Assembly (NCBI GenBank): GCA_963707655.1 | Contig: OY970172.1 | Span: 640,001-704,000, forward strand | Reading direction: 5' to 3' | DNA from: an uncultured bacterium | Lineage (GTDB): Bacteria; Babelota; Babeliae; Babelales; Vermiphilaceae | DNA: 64,000 nucleotides | Shown here: positions 49,343 to 59,775 of the stretch, piece by piece | Position numbering within the stretch: position 1 is the first letter of the stretch | Layout of the letters: each line of letters opens with the position of its first letter | The notes under the pieces: generated by a model | Database searches by the model: none | Seen by the model: only the letters and a program-made list of their open reading frames with translations | What the model was told of the DNA's origin: nothing | Translations under genes and position numbers: made by a program

Positions 49343-49936
49343 GTGCAAGAGAAGCATATTGGTATAGTTCTGAAAAATTATTTTCCCAAGAAATGCAAGC
49401 TATCGTTACTCGATAACAAAATGGGTAAAATAAGCGGCGTTCCAACAGCAGGAACTCATGTTGCTGCCGGTTCATTAATCGAATATTCTTTGGTTGAACA
49501 GCCGGCATGTTCTTTTCTTTATAGTATTAATGTGCACGACGTGCCTTTTGCGCTCGCGCAAGAGGATATTCTTTTTTTGCATCACGTACTGGAAATTTGT
49601 TATTATTTTATGCCAATAAAAAGCTATAATCCTACGATTTTCTCATTGTTACATGTATTGTATATGAGTGATGGCTGGTTACACACTATGGCCGTTAAAA
49701 AATTTTTTTTACTTAAATTATTTGTACTGCTGGGATTGTACCCCGAGGACAAAAAATTTAGAACTCCGTCATTTCATCGATTGGTCACTGCGCCATTTGC
49801 GCAGATGCTGAGCGGAGATATAGATTCTTATGATGAAGAGACTGTTAACGAATGGTTGCGTTTGTGTGTCGCATCTCATCCAATAGCAGATAAATTTAAA
49901 ACAACGTATTTTTTAGATAGTTGCAGGGAAATATGA
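49343..49936 (+). CDS. RecO-like DNA repair protein (divergent)
   Basis: GIVLK...LSLLD..MGKI OB-fold-like start; FLLKLFVLLGLYP typical of RecO. Confidence 0.55.
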   Translation: MQEKHIGIVLKNYFPKKCKLSLLDNKMGKISGVPTAGTHVAAGSLIEYSLVEQPACSFLYSINVHDVPFALAQEDILFLHHVLEICYYFMPIKSYNPTIFSLLHVLYMSDGWLHTMAVKKFFLLKLFVLLGLYPEDKKFRTPSFHRLVTAPFAQMLSGDIDSYDEETVNEWLRLCVASHPIADKFKTTYFLDSCREI

Positions 49937-52900
49937 AAAAATTGTTGCACGGTATAATATGCCTGTTAGCTGCCTTTGGTCACCGCATGCACGCAGATCC
50001 TATCGCTGAACTTGAAAAATTAGGAAAACATTTATTGCCCGCCAGCGCAAGCGTTTCTACGCAGGATCAAAAAAAGATCTTTACGAGTAATGTTGAAAGT
50101 AAACAGGCAATGCTGGCCAACTATCAAGCAGAAAAAAAACGTTTGGAAGAAGAAAATAGAACGAATGCTCCCGCTATTACCACTGAATTGGAAGAGACCC
50201 TGAGTAAAATCAGGGTGACTGAGGAAGTGCTGAGAAAAGACCCTGACAATGAATTTTTAAAAAGAAAAAAAACATTGCTGAGCGAAAAATATTATGTTTT
50301 GAAAGAATACCAGCAGGCATTTGAGCAACAGCGCCATTTGATTGATCAGATTATTAAAAATCTTACGAATTATTTGGCCGACCCTGAAAATAAAAAATTC
50401 ATTGAACAGTTTCATGAAAAAAAGAAAACTTTTGAAGAGCTACAGGTTATATACCAAAAAGCTATCGAAGAAGAAAAATCTCTTGAAAGCCTGAATGATC
50501 AGGAAAAGAATGCGATTTCTGAACTAGACAATCGCAAACGAGCTGCAAATGCAGATAATGCTTTGTACCAACAGCACAAAGAGCTGCTTGAGAGTGAGCG
50601 TCCCGTACCTGAAGGCATGACACGCGCTGAAGGGGGCGAGCTATGGCAGCTGCAAGAGCATTTATTTACCGATAAAAAACGCGTTGACGAGCTTAAATTT
50701 GAAGAAATTAAACTTAAGCTTGAGTTGATTAGACTGAAAATGTTCATTGCACGTGTACAGCGGGATACCTTGCGGGATACATTCCGCGACATGACATCCG
50801 AGGTCCAGGTGAGCGAGGCCGATGTCACCAATGTGAAAGAAGATTTAGAAAAGAAAAGGCAACAATTTTACACTAATGTACGATCTGTTGATTATGCCAT
50901 TGAACAGAGCAGTAATGACCTTAAGATGCATAAACAAGAGTTGGAAATTCTCGCCAAGCGCTATAACATAATTCTTGATGCTGATTTGGATAAATGGAGT
51001 AAAGAGCCAAAGCAATTGGTAAGCTCTTATGTAGGCATTTGTGAAGTCGGACTCGAAAACGACATTGTGCTTGCACTGTATCGCAAAAAAGATTACCTCA
51101 AAAGCTTGATACATAAAGAAAATGAAAAAATTAAACAGGAAGAGACACTTCTCAAAATCAAAGAAACATTTCACAAAATCCGTTTTGCAAAATTTAGCGC
51201 CAAAGAGCTCGATCAGGAGCTTAAAAACTATGATTTGATTAAGGCCGGCATCAGAGCTCATATCTCTTTGTACAATGAGCGCAAAAATATGGCGACAGAA
51301 CTTTTAGAAGTCCAAAAACGAGCCTTGGAAAATATAGACCAGCTCAGAAATGATATCAAAAACACTCTTAAAGATACGTTATTTAAGGACTATAGTCGCG
51401 ATTACACCCATTGCCTTGAGCTTATCACCAATGCAATAGAGCGCATTAGAGCACAGATAGATCTCATCAATAAAACGATGGCAACCTATACCGACATTAT
51501 TTTCTTGTTGAGCTCAACCAGCAAACAGATAGATTTTATTGTTTTAGAACTGAATTCAACGACCATCTGGTACCGTCCGCAATATGCGATTTCCTGGGAA
51601 GGATTGATGCGCATTATACCCGATGTTGAGCGGTTTGCTTCCGATTTGACCAGCTATTTCAGTCAAGTAAAACCGGTTGTTTTGCTTAATGCCTTCAAAA
51701 ACAGTATTAAAAATCCGCTTTCTCTCTTTATCTCATTTTTATTATTACTCGTCATGATCCTGCTTTTGCTGCTCGCAAAAATCATGTTACCATCTGCACT
51801 ACATCGCATTCAGGTAGCTGCCCAAACTAGAGCATATGTTTATACGCTGTACATGTTTTTAGTCGCTCTTGGCCGTTTTTTACTCATCCATTTTAATGGC
51901 ATAGCCGTATGGTTGGTGATGTATGGATCATTCAAATTACAGATTATTGATAATCCCTATCTGTACAGCCTCTTTTACTTAATTTCAATACCGTATCTCC
52001 TGTATTTGGCACATCAATTTATTTCTTACTTTGCCTCATTTAATCAAGAACATGGCTATCTGTTTTTAAGCAAAGATTTTGAATTTCGTTTTACGCTCAT
52101 GTTTTCAGCTCTTTTGTATGTGACCATTATCTTATATTTCTTCAAAGAAGCCTTTATGTTGGGCAATTACCGCCGCTCCGAATTGCCGAGCGTGCTTGTT
52201 GCTTTAAACTTTATTTTTATCCAGGTTGTTCTTATTGCCCTTATACCAAAGAATCAGATTGTTAATTTGATTCCGACGCATGACATATGGGGATGGATAC
52301 ATGAACAAATCAATCGCTATTATTATTTGGTTATTTTGTGCATAGTCACCATTATCGTCATGAGCAATCCATATGTAGGTTTTGGCCGCCTGGTTGCCTA
52401 TGTTATCTGGCGCATTCTTTATACCATCATCGTAGTAATAATTCTTCTATGGCTACATCGTCTAATCAAACGTTTTTGTGCCTATTTCTTCTTTGTAGAA
52501 GAAGACGATGTTCAGCGAGAGCGTTTCGCCCATGCGAAAAGTTGGTATGGTTTTGCGGTAATTTTACTCTTTTTATTCTTTATTTTCCTGGGACTCATTA
52601 TATTGGCAAAAGTATGGGGATGGCCGGAGCAGCTGGCAAAAATATCTCACATTCGCGACATTGTTCACGGATTGCAACACCCTTTCACCAATGTCGATCA
52701 AAAACCTGTCTCTGTCTGGACCATTTTGCGCCTTATTTTCTTTATTTTAGGCGGCCTGGGCGTTTCATTTGCCTTTAACCGTTTTGTGATGGGCAAAATC
52801 TTTGATATTTTACTCATTGAACCGGGTATTCAAAATACGATTTCAAGCATTACCTATTATCTCTGCTTTGTTTTATCGGTGATTATCGGATTCAATGTCG

Positions 52901-53511
52901 TCGGGCTTAATTCCTTGCTGTATTGGCTGCTTGCATTAGTAGTGGGTATCGGTTGGATCATTAAAGACCCGGTGAGCGATTTTGTTTCCTATTTTATTAT
53001 CTTGGTACAGCGCCCCATTAAGGTGGGCGATTTAATACGGCTTGAAGAAGAGGGAGCTCCTGGTGTGGTTCGTCGCATCACGCCACGATCGGTATTAATG
53101 AGACGCAGAAACAGCACTACCGTTATTGTTCCAAACTCGGTAATAATCAATAAAAACATTATTAACTGGAACTATACGCGCGACTTTATCGCTTTTGATG
53201 ATATTTTGATTACCATATCGTATGAATCTGACGCAATTTTAGCACAGCGCATTTTTCTCTCTGTATTGAGCGAAAACCCTTACATTTTGAAAAACCCAAA
53301 ACCTGTCGTGCGTCTTGATGACTTTAGTGAAAACGGTTATGTGTTTATGGTCCGCGGCTTTTTGAGTTCAAATTATACGCTCGACCAATGGGATATTGCC
53401 AGCGATGTGCGTCTTTCTATGATTCGCATACTCAAAGAGGCCGGCATTGAAGTGGCGGTACCTATGCGCAGGCTTATTTCTGCCGACAATCAGCTTAACG
53501 AGAATAAATAA
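49933..53511 (+). CDS. Large MscS family mechanosensitive channel (MscK-like architecture)
   Basis: Signal peptide, long coiled-coil periplasmic region, multiple TMs, RPIKVGD..GVVRRI..RS..VIVPNS..INW. Confidence 0.9.
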   Translation: MKKLLHGIICLLAAFGHRMHADPIAELEKLGKHLLPASASVSTQDQKKIFTSNVESKQAMLANYQAEKKRLEEENRTNAPAITTELEETLSKIRVTEEVLRKDPDNEFLKRKKTLLSEKYYVLKEYQQAFEQQRHLIDQIIKNLTNYLADPENKKFIEQFHEKKKTFEELQVIYQKAIEEEKSLESLNDQEKNAISELDNRKRAANADNALYQQHKELLESERPVPEGMTRAEGGELWQLQEHLFTDKKRVDELKFEEIKLKLELIRLKMFIARVQRDTLRDTFRDMTSEVQVSEADVTNVKEDLEKKRQQFYTNVRSVDYAIEQSSNDLKMHKQELEILAKRYNIILDADLDKWSKEPKQLVSSYVGICEVGLENDIVLALYRKKDYLKSLIHKENEKIKQEETLLKIKETFHKIRFAKFSAKELDQELKNYDLIKAGIRAHISLYNERKNMATELLEVQKRALENIDQLRNDIKNTLKDTLFKDYSRDYTHCLELITNAIERIRAQIDLINKTMATYTDIIFLLSSTSKQIDFIVLELNSTTIWYRPQYAISWEGLMRIIPDVERFASDLTSYFSQVKPVVLLNAFKNSIKNPLSLFISFLLLLVMILLLLLAKIMLPSALHRIQVAAQTRAYVYTLYMFLVALGRFLLIHFNGIAVWLVMYGSFKLQIIDNPYLYSLFYLISIPYLLYLAHQFISYFASFNQEHGYLFLSKDFEFRFTLMFSALLYVTIILYFFKEAFMLGNYRRSELPSVLVALNFIFIQVVLIALIPKNQIVNLIPTHDIWGWIHEQINRYYYLVILCIVTIIVMSNPYVGFGRLVAYVIWRILYTIIVVIILLWLHRLIKRFCAYFFFVEEDDVQRERFAHAKSWYGFAVILLFLFFIFLGLIILAKVWGWPEQLAKISHIRDIVHGLQHPFTNVDQKPVSVWTILRLIFFILGGLGVSFAFNRFVMGKIFDILLIEPGIQNTISSITYYLCFVLSVIIGFNVVGLNSLLYWLLALVVGIGWIIKDPVSDFVSYFIILVQRPIKVGDLIRLEEEGAPGVVRRITPRSVLMRRRNSTTVIVPNSVIINKNIINWNYTRDFIAFDDILITISYESDAILAQRIFLSVLSENPYILKNPKPVVRLDDFSENGYVFMVRGFLSSNYTLDQWDIASDVRLSMIRILKEAGIEVAVPMRRLISADNQLNENK

Positions 53512-54734
53512 TCAGGATACGTAGCTCTATCTTTATTGCGTGTGTCTTGTAGTGCCTGGGCGTAGCCAGCCACCTGGCTTCCTATGCCTTCAGGATACAT
53601 GCTGTACGGCTTGCTCTTAGAATAGTGATGAGTGTATTGCATGATTAAGCTTAGCGCGCTGATGCTCAGACTTGCCATCGACAAGGCATTGTTTTTAACA
53701 TGTTCTTTAATAAAGCTTTTCCACGAAGACTCAAATAATTTTTTATTGCGCATTATTTCATCCAATGCATTTCTAAAATCTTGCTGACACGGATGCGCCT
53801 CATCACGCACCGCTGCATACGCGAGCATTTCTTGTGTTAACTCTTTGATTTCCCGTGCAGAGAAGCCATCAATCTTGTGCGCCATCATCTTGACCATCTC
53901 AGGGTCAATGCTATTGGCTGCATAAAAACTTATTATTTTTTCTCGCATTGCTCTATGGGGAAGATCGATGGCAACAATATGATTGCTGAATCGGCTTTTT
54001 AATGCATCGGGAATATTTTCTAGGCTGTTGGTGGTGCCTATGAAGAGTATGTTTTTATGAGACGAGCATTCATCAATCAATTGCCATAAAGCAACGGCAA
54101 CATCTTGATCGGCTCGTTGATCGTTCTTTTTTTTATCAATAAGACAATGAATTTCATCCAAAATAATCACATAGGGCTGGCTACTATTTTTGATAGAGGT
54201 AATAATGCGCTTCAGGTTTTGAGCGCCGGAATTTTGATACTCGGTAGCTAAAAGAGATGATTGCAGAAAGATAAAGGGGCGCCCAATTTTTTGCGCAATT
54301 GCTTTTGCTATATCAGATTTGCCAACGCCCGGCGGACCAACGAGCAGGAGCTTATCGGTTATTAATAAAGAGCGCAATGCCGGCAACGCATGGGGTGCAC
54401 GTTGAAAACGTTCGATAATGGTTTTAATCCGTGCAGGGCAATCCTGCAATAAATAGGCAACCAATGTATCGTCCAGTCTATCTTCTTGGGGCAATGCATC
54501 AGAAAATTGATCCGCTGATTGCGTGCCTACTGAAGATGACCAAAACAGCTCTTGCGGTATGTCTATGGAGGTAGGAAAACCCTTTTTTCCGGCACCTTCT
54601 AACATTTCTTCAAATGTCTTGTCGCTCATCATATAATTGTCATCAGACAACTCAGGCTGCTCATTTTCTGCGTACATGCCTATGCTGAACAGGCAGATGT
54701 TTAATAAAAATAGCTGATACAAAAGTTTGTTCAT
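53490..54734 (-). CDS. Classic-clade AAA ATPase with signal peptide (copy 3)
   Basis: GPPGVGKS, IILDEIH, GTTN, LKSRF. Confidence 0.88.
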   Translation of the reverse strand: MNKLLYQLFLLNICLFSIGMYAENEQPELSDDNYMMSDKTFEEMLEGAGKKGFPTSIDIPQELFWSSSVGTQSADQFSDALPQEDRLDDTLVAYLLQDCPARIKTIIERFQRAPHALPALRSLLITDKLLLVGPPGVGKSDIAKAIAQKIGRPFIFLQSSLLATEYQNSGAQNLKRIITSIKNSSQPYVIILDEIHCLIDKKKNDQRADQDVAVALWQLIDECSSHKNILFIGTTNSLENIPDALKSRFSNHIVAIDLPHRAMREKIISFYAANSIDPEMVKMMAHKIDGFSAREIKELTQEMLAYAAVRDEAHPCQQDFRNALDEIMRNKKLFESSWKSFIKEHVKNNALSMASLSISALSLIMQYTHHYSKSKPYSMYPEGIGSQVAGYAQALQDTRNKDRATYPDYLFSLS

Positions 54735-54768
54735 GTGAATGTTTTCGGAGTCTTATTTAAATGAATCT

Positions 54769-56220
54769 TTAAGCAGTTTTTTCTTCTTTGGGCGCGCGTT
54801 TGCAATAACGATATATAAAATAACCACCCACACCTACCGCAACAGGCACCCCAACGACTACCGCTGTTGGCGCTGCAGCGACGCTTGCTCCCACCCCAAC
54901 AAGTGTCGCTTTAAGGCCTCCAAGAAGAGTTGCTGCCGTCACTGTTTGTCCGGTAGCCACCGTCGCTACTACAGCAGTTGTTTCAAGCCCTGCGGCTGTC
55001 GACGCCCCAGAAGCGGCTGTTAGAGCAGCAGCTTCCGCAATTTTATCAATTGCATCTTTGTGTTCTCCAGCTTTCTCACAAACCACTTTCCCTGTGCTAA
55101 AAAGCCATTGCCCACCAGAAAGGATCATTGAACCGGCTGAGAGCAACAGACCATATGTTGCTGGATTAGCTGCAATAGGATGATCATTATAAAAGCGCTT
55201 CTCCCAAGATTCGCTTTCCTGTTTTTCGGAAGGGCTGTCTATTTTTAAAATTTGAACTGCGTGCTGTATTACTCCAGGTGTTAATTCAACGTGGTGATCA
55301 CATATTAGGCTTCTAATTCTTTTTGATAAAAATTCGAGATCGCGATGCGAGCAATCGTTGCATTCACGCGCAATAGTCGCAATGAGTTGTTCATTAATAG
55401 TGCCTTCTTTAAGTTCATCTGCCATACGAAATTTTATACTTTTTTCTTTTTCTTCTTGATTGGGTAACCCAATAGTAATTGTATGACTTGCAACCCTGCT
55501 GCGTAGCGTGTCTGGGAGATTATCAGTGCTATTGGCAGTGAAAATAAAGAAAAGATTTACGTTATCCAAAGCATTATCTATAGAAGTCCCAAGTGCAAGT
55601 CCTGTATCCTGCTTGTGAATTTTTTTGATGTCACTAAAGCCATGGAGTTCATCTAAAATAACAACGGCAAAATCTTTATTCATGGCCTGCGCTTTTTCGA
55701 TGGACCTTTGTAGATTTGCTTCAGCTGAATTTTGGTATTCATTACCAAGCGATGCTCCTTGGAGAAAAACAAAAGGCGCGTTTATTTCTTGCGCGATAGC
55801 CTTCGCAATATGTGATTTGCCCCCTCCCGGAGGTCCAACCAATAATATAGCCGAGGTCATGAGATGCTTCTTTTTTGTTTTAACATCTGTGGATTTGTAT
55901 TTTTTAATATTTTTTACAGTGTCACGTAAATTTTTAGGACAGGTTTCTATGAGAAAATCAGCGTATTCTTGATCAAGGCAACCATCGCACAGCGGCTCGT
56001 CTTTCTTCTTGTCGGTCTCGCTTTCTCCGTTTATTTCTTCGTAAAAATCTTCTTCTTCCGCATATTCTGCGGTATCTCTTTTGGGGAAAAGATGCGCTTG
56101 CAAACTCTCATCGCTATACGCATTATCGTGCGCAGGGTTCTTGACGAACTCGGGTGTGATGGCATTAAGTTGTGCGAGCATCAGAACAATGGTTAAGATA
56201 CTGTAACGAATAATTTTCAT
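54769..56220 (-). CDS. Classic-clade AAA ATPase with signal peptide and hydrophobic C-terminal tail (copy 2)
   Basis: GPPGGGKS, VILDELH, FTAN, LRSRV; Ala/Val/Gly-rich tail ending GGYFIYRYCKR. Confidence 0.88.
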   Translation of the reverse strand: MKIIRYSILTIVLMLAQLNAITPEFVKNPAHDNAYSDESLQAHLFPKRDTAEYAEEEDFYEEINGESETDKKKDEPLCDGCLDQEYADFLIETCPKNLRDTVKNIKKYKSTDVKTKKKHLMTSAILLVGPPGGGKSHIAKAIAQEINAPFVFLQGASLGNEYQNSAEANLQRSIEKAQAMNKDFAVVILDELHGFSDIKKIHKQDTGLALGTSIDNALDNVNLFFIFTANSTDNLPDTLRSRVASHTITIGLPNQEEKEKSIKFRMADELKEGTINEQLIATIARECNDCSHRDLEFLSKRIRSLICDHHVELTPGVIQHAVQILKIDSPSEKQESESWEKRFYNDHPIAANPATYGLLLSAGSMILSGGQWLFSTGKVVCEKAGEHKDAIDKIAEAAALTAASGASTAAGLETTAVVATVATGQTVTAATLLGGLKATLVGVGASVAAAPTAVVVGVPVAVGVGGYFIYRYCKRAPKEEKTA

Positions 56221-56272
56221 TATAATTCCTTCTTGTTAATAATGAAATGTGCTGATAAGTTCAATGTTTTAT

Positions 56273-57406
56273 TTATTGAGTAATGGGCGCGGCTATGGCA
56301 ATTTGTTGCTGGTCCTCGGGCTCTGTTGGTTTTTTGTTTTTTTCCACTTCTTCTTTTTTCTTTTTCACATTTGTTCTCTCTGCCGCCGCATAGCCGATAT
56401 TGTACATAGCAAGAGAATTTCCCAAGGCCCCCACAAAAGGCATTACTGCTGGATGATTTCTGCAAAATCGCTGCTGCCAATTTTCCTTTTTTCCGTGCCG
56501 TGCATTGTTAAAGGCTTTGATGTCATTGTCAAAAGCTTCGACTTGTCTCGCTACGCACTCATCAAAAGCTTCTGCCGGCTCATCAAGAAAATCCTCCACC
56601 CAGCGAGACAACGCGGCTAAATGTTCATAGGAAAAATTTTTGGTTTTTTTCGCCAAGGACAGAATAAATTTTTCATTGATCATCTTGTTTTCCGGGGCAT
56701 CTTTAAAAAAGATGTTGAAAGCTTCTACACGCGCCTCTTGGCTAGGATATGTTATGGCAACATGCTGGCGGTTGAGTCGACTCGTTACGCGGGGAGGAAA
56801 ATTTGCCATGTCATAGGTTGTGCAAATAAGAAAAATATTATTGCAAGCGCATCGATCGATAAAACTGCACAAAGGATATTGCGCATGCTCATTGTTCTCT
56901 AAAAGATGATCCATATTGTTCAAAATAATTATTAGTTGCTCATTGCGCTTTTTAGCGGCCCGCGCAAAACATTCTAAATAAGGTTCGCACGCGCTGAAAA
57001 CATATGATTCTATTTGAAGAACGCGAGCCTTCATGTGTTGAGCAATCGCTTTTGCCAAGTCCGCTCTGTCGCTCCCCGTTGGGCCAGTAAGCAAAAGAGT
57101 TCGATCCAAAAAACGTTTTCTGTCCTTTTCGTTATTTCTTGCTTCCATAGCTTCAAAATGTTGTAACAACTCTTTTACTTCTGCGGGACTATATTTTATG
57201 AGAAAGTCTGCATATTCGCTATCTAAACGGCGACTTCGGTTTTTTAATGACTCGTTTATGATGCGAATCTCTTCCTGCTTTTGTGCAATTCTTTGCTGCT
57301 CAGTCAGCTCTACCGGTATATAGGAAGCCTTTGTTTTATGCGACGCTTGCACGTGCAATGAATATATGCTCAAAAAAATCAAGAGATAATAGCTCGTATG
57401 CTTCAT
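56273..57406 (-). CDS. Degenerate AAA ATPase with signal peptide (copy 1)
   Basis: Walker A GPTGSDRA, Walker B IILNNMD, VTSRL; shares LDxEYADFLI and WxxRFxxxHP with copy 2. Confidence 0.8.
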   Translation of the reverse strand: MKHTSYYLLIFLSIYSLHVQASHKTKASYIPVELTEQQRIAQKQEEIRIINESLKNRSRRLDSEYADFLIKYSPAEVKELLQHFEAMEARNNEKDRKRFLDRTLLLTGPTGSDRADLAKAIAQHMKARVLQIESYVFSACEPYLECFARAAKKRNEQLIIILNNMDHLLENNEHAQYPLCSFIDRCACNNIFLICTTYDMANFPPRVTSRLNRQHVAITYPSQEARVEAFNIFFKDAPENKMINEKFILSLAKKTKNFSYEHLAALSRWVEDFLDEPAEAFDECVARQVEAFDNDIKAFNNARHGKKENWQQRFCRNHPAVMPFVGALGNSLAMYNIGYAAAERTNVKKKKEEVEKNKKPTEPEDQQQIAIAAPITQ

Positions 57407-57717
57407 GAATTCTTTCTGCTTTATTGTCTTTTAAAAATTGACAAATGAAATATTGTTAAGATATGTTTTTTCTGTTCTTTTTTAAAATGATAAAAAATCA
57501 GATTTCAAATTATCCTATTTTCTGCTTTTGTCAAAGCAAACGAGCCAAAAAAGTGAAATAAAAAAATAATATTTTTTTATTATATACGTGGATAATTCGC
57601 CAAAAACAGCTATTTTTTATCTTATTTGATACATTGCAAAATCTTTTTGTCCGTTGATTTTAAAATTAGATTTTTTTATACTGCGATGAGCTTTTTTTAT
57701 GCAACCGATTATCAACC

Positions 57718-59772
57718 ATGAGGAATGTATTAATGAATTTGAGACATTGGTCACTGATAGTATTGTTTATTACTGCCTGTGCGCAGGGGAAAAGAGAATA
57801 TGATGGTTTGTTTATTTCTGCCATTCCTCAACACTGTGTTATAGAGCAAACGTCCCCACTGCCATTACCGTTGCCATTGTATGTGCATGATCTTGCATTT
57901 GGTCCGGGGATTACTCATAGTGTTGACGGTACCGCATTAATTCAGACGTATATAAGCGCAGATCAACAAGCATTATTCAACAAACAGCCGCGAATCAGCG
58001 TAGACTTCAAATCTGAAATGTTAGGCCTACCTCTATTTGTGGGCGCGTCTCCTGCTTCGATAATAAATTTATGCATGGATATTGCTCGATGGATAAAGAC
58101 AACGTTAGCGACACTCAATCGATTACCCAACAATTGCGGTACTTTTAATGCAAATGCGTGGGCTTCTTTTTGTATCAATGAAAGAAGACTTTCTTATCCA
58201 TTTAATAATGCCGAGAGCAGCTATTTTAATGTTTTCACTCCTGAAATTAGAATGAGCTTATTGCATGATTATGCATTATATGAATACTCTGGCTACATAG
58301 ATTTTCTTAAATCATTTCCCGAATTTGAAGCTTTTGTAGAGCGTTTGCACGCTGATCAGGCACGTTTTAACATGTCGCTCGATTATCATGAGGTGAGTGA
58401 AAAAAAGCAACAGATAATCAAAAATGTCGTAGCCAATTTATCCGCACAAATCAAGGAAAAGCGCGCTGCCGAATTTGAAGCTAAAGAGGCTGAACGCATC
58501 GCTTTGATGGAAAAAACGCGTGAAGACAAGATAGTGAAAGAGGAATTGATATATCACTATAACCGCTATGCAGAAATAGCGCAGAACAATCCCGACGCAC
58601 CTGCCCGTTGGTCGGATTACAGAGCAATCATTGGCAACTTTCTCGATGGCAATGATAAGGCAACTTACACAGAAACATTTTCTGTTGATCAGCAAGGCGT
58701 GGCTCTTTTGAGCACAAAAGCGATTCCGGTTGAGCTTTTCGGGCAATGTACCGGCAACAATATGCAGCAGTTTTTACATCGCGGTTTTCTTGATTTGCTC
58801 GCACAAGCAGCCGATATAGATGAAAAAGATCTGCAATCATTGTTAGTTGATGGTGTTATTGTGGGGCAAGAGTTTAATCATGCCGGATACACCCATAAAG
58901 CCTTTAGTATAGCCAATTTTTGCCATACGCTTGTTGAACATTCGAAAGGGTTAGTGGAAGGGGCTTGGCACAGCGTTTGTAATGTGGCACATGCAGCATG
59001 CCATCCGATAAAAACAGCGCAAGCGATTAAAAATGGTGCTATTGCTATTGGCAAAGATCTGGATGAATTATTTAGGCACTTTAACAAGACAATCGATTAC
59101 CTGGACACGGTAAAAATTACTCTTCTTACCGATCGCACCCTAGCGAAACAAATGACCAAAGTCTTTCTTGAAGAAGAAGGAGTATATTGGAAGATGATGG
59201 GCGCTGCATTTCGCGATCGTTTAATCGCTTACGCAAAATTGACCGATCGTGAGCGCGGCAAATTGGTTGGCCGTCTGGCGATGGATAATTATCTTTTTGG
59301 CCGCGCATTATACTTATCGTCCCACATAAGCACATTCACAAAAACAAGAATATTTAAAGCGTTTAAAGCAGCAAAATCAGCACAGACGGCAGAAGAAATT
59401 GCGCTCGCAACCGCCGAAGGGATAGAAGTACCGCTTGGAAAAGCAGCTTCAGAGAATGTTCTTGCTCAGGAAATTGCGCAAACTGGAAAAATAGATCTGA
59501 ACTATCTTACAAATCAATCTGGTGAGGCTATTTTAAAAAATGGCTATTATGAGATTAATGGATTTAAGTTTAGTGAGCGTTACTACAAGCGTCTTTGGGA
59601 TAGCGGCAGACCTGCCCCTTCGTTAATAGCGAAATTGATATTAGAAAGCCCTGAAGTTGTTGTAGCTGACCAATTCAAGCAAGGGTTTTATAAGTACGTA
59701 GCGGATGGCTGGGAAATGGTTTATAATCCTTCCACAAAAGAAGTATGGCATTTACAACCTATAAGGGGATAA
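57718..59772 (+). CDS. Putative polymorphic toxin (exported; C-terminal toxin-like tip)
   Basis: Signal peptide; helical body; Ala/Glu linker (EEIALATAEG); compact aromatic tip ...GWEMVYNPSTKEVWHLQP; small gene follows after 3 bp. Confidence 0.55.
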   Translation: MRNVLMNLRHWSLIVLFITACAQGKREYDGLFISAIPQHCVIEQTSPLPLPLPLYVHDLAFGPGITHSVDGTALIQTYISADQQALFNKQPRISVDFKSEMLGLPLFVGASPASIINLCMDIARWIKTTLATLNRLPNNCGTFNANAWASFCINERRLSYPFNNAESSYFNVFTPEIRMSLLHDYALYEYSGYIDFLKSFPEFEAFVERLHADQARFNMSLDYHEVSEKKQQIIKNVVANLSAQIKEKRAAEFEAKEAERIALMEKTREDKIVKEELIYHYNRYAEIAQNNPDAPARWSDYRAIIGNFLDGNDKATYTETFSVDQQGVALLSTKAIPVELFGQCTGNNMQQFLHRGFLDLLAQAADIDEKDLQSLLVDGVIVGQEFNHAGYTHKAFSIANFCHTLVEHSKGLVEGAWHSVCNVAHAACHPIKTAQAIKNGAIAIGKDLDELFRHFNKTIDYLDTVKITLLTDRTLAKQMTKVFLEEEGVYWKMMGAAFRDRLIAYAKLTDRERGKLVGRLAMDNYLFGRALYLSSHISTFTKTRIFKAFKAAKSAQTAEEIALATAEGIEVPLGKAASENVLAQEIAQTGKIDLNYLTNQSGEAILKNGYYEINGFKFSERYYKRLWDSGRPAPSLIAKLILESPEVVVADQFKQGFYKYVADGWEMVYNPSTKEVWHLQPIRG

Positions 59773-59775
59773 TGT

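Noticed and set aside
57407..57717. AT-rich 310 bp gap as a replication origin or ncRNA
   Set aside because: No DnaA-box cluster or stable structure seen; consistent with a divergent promoter region
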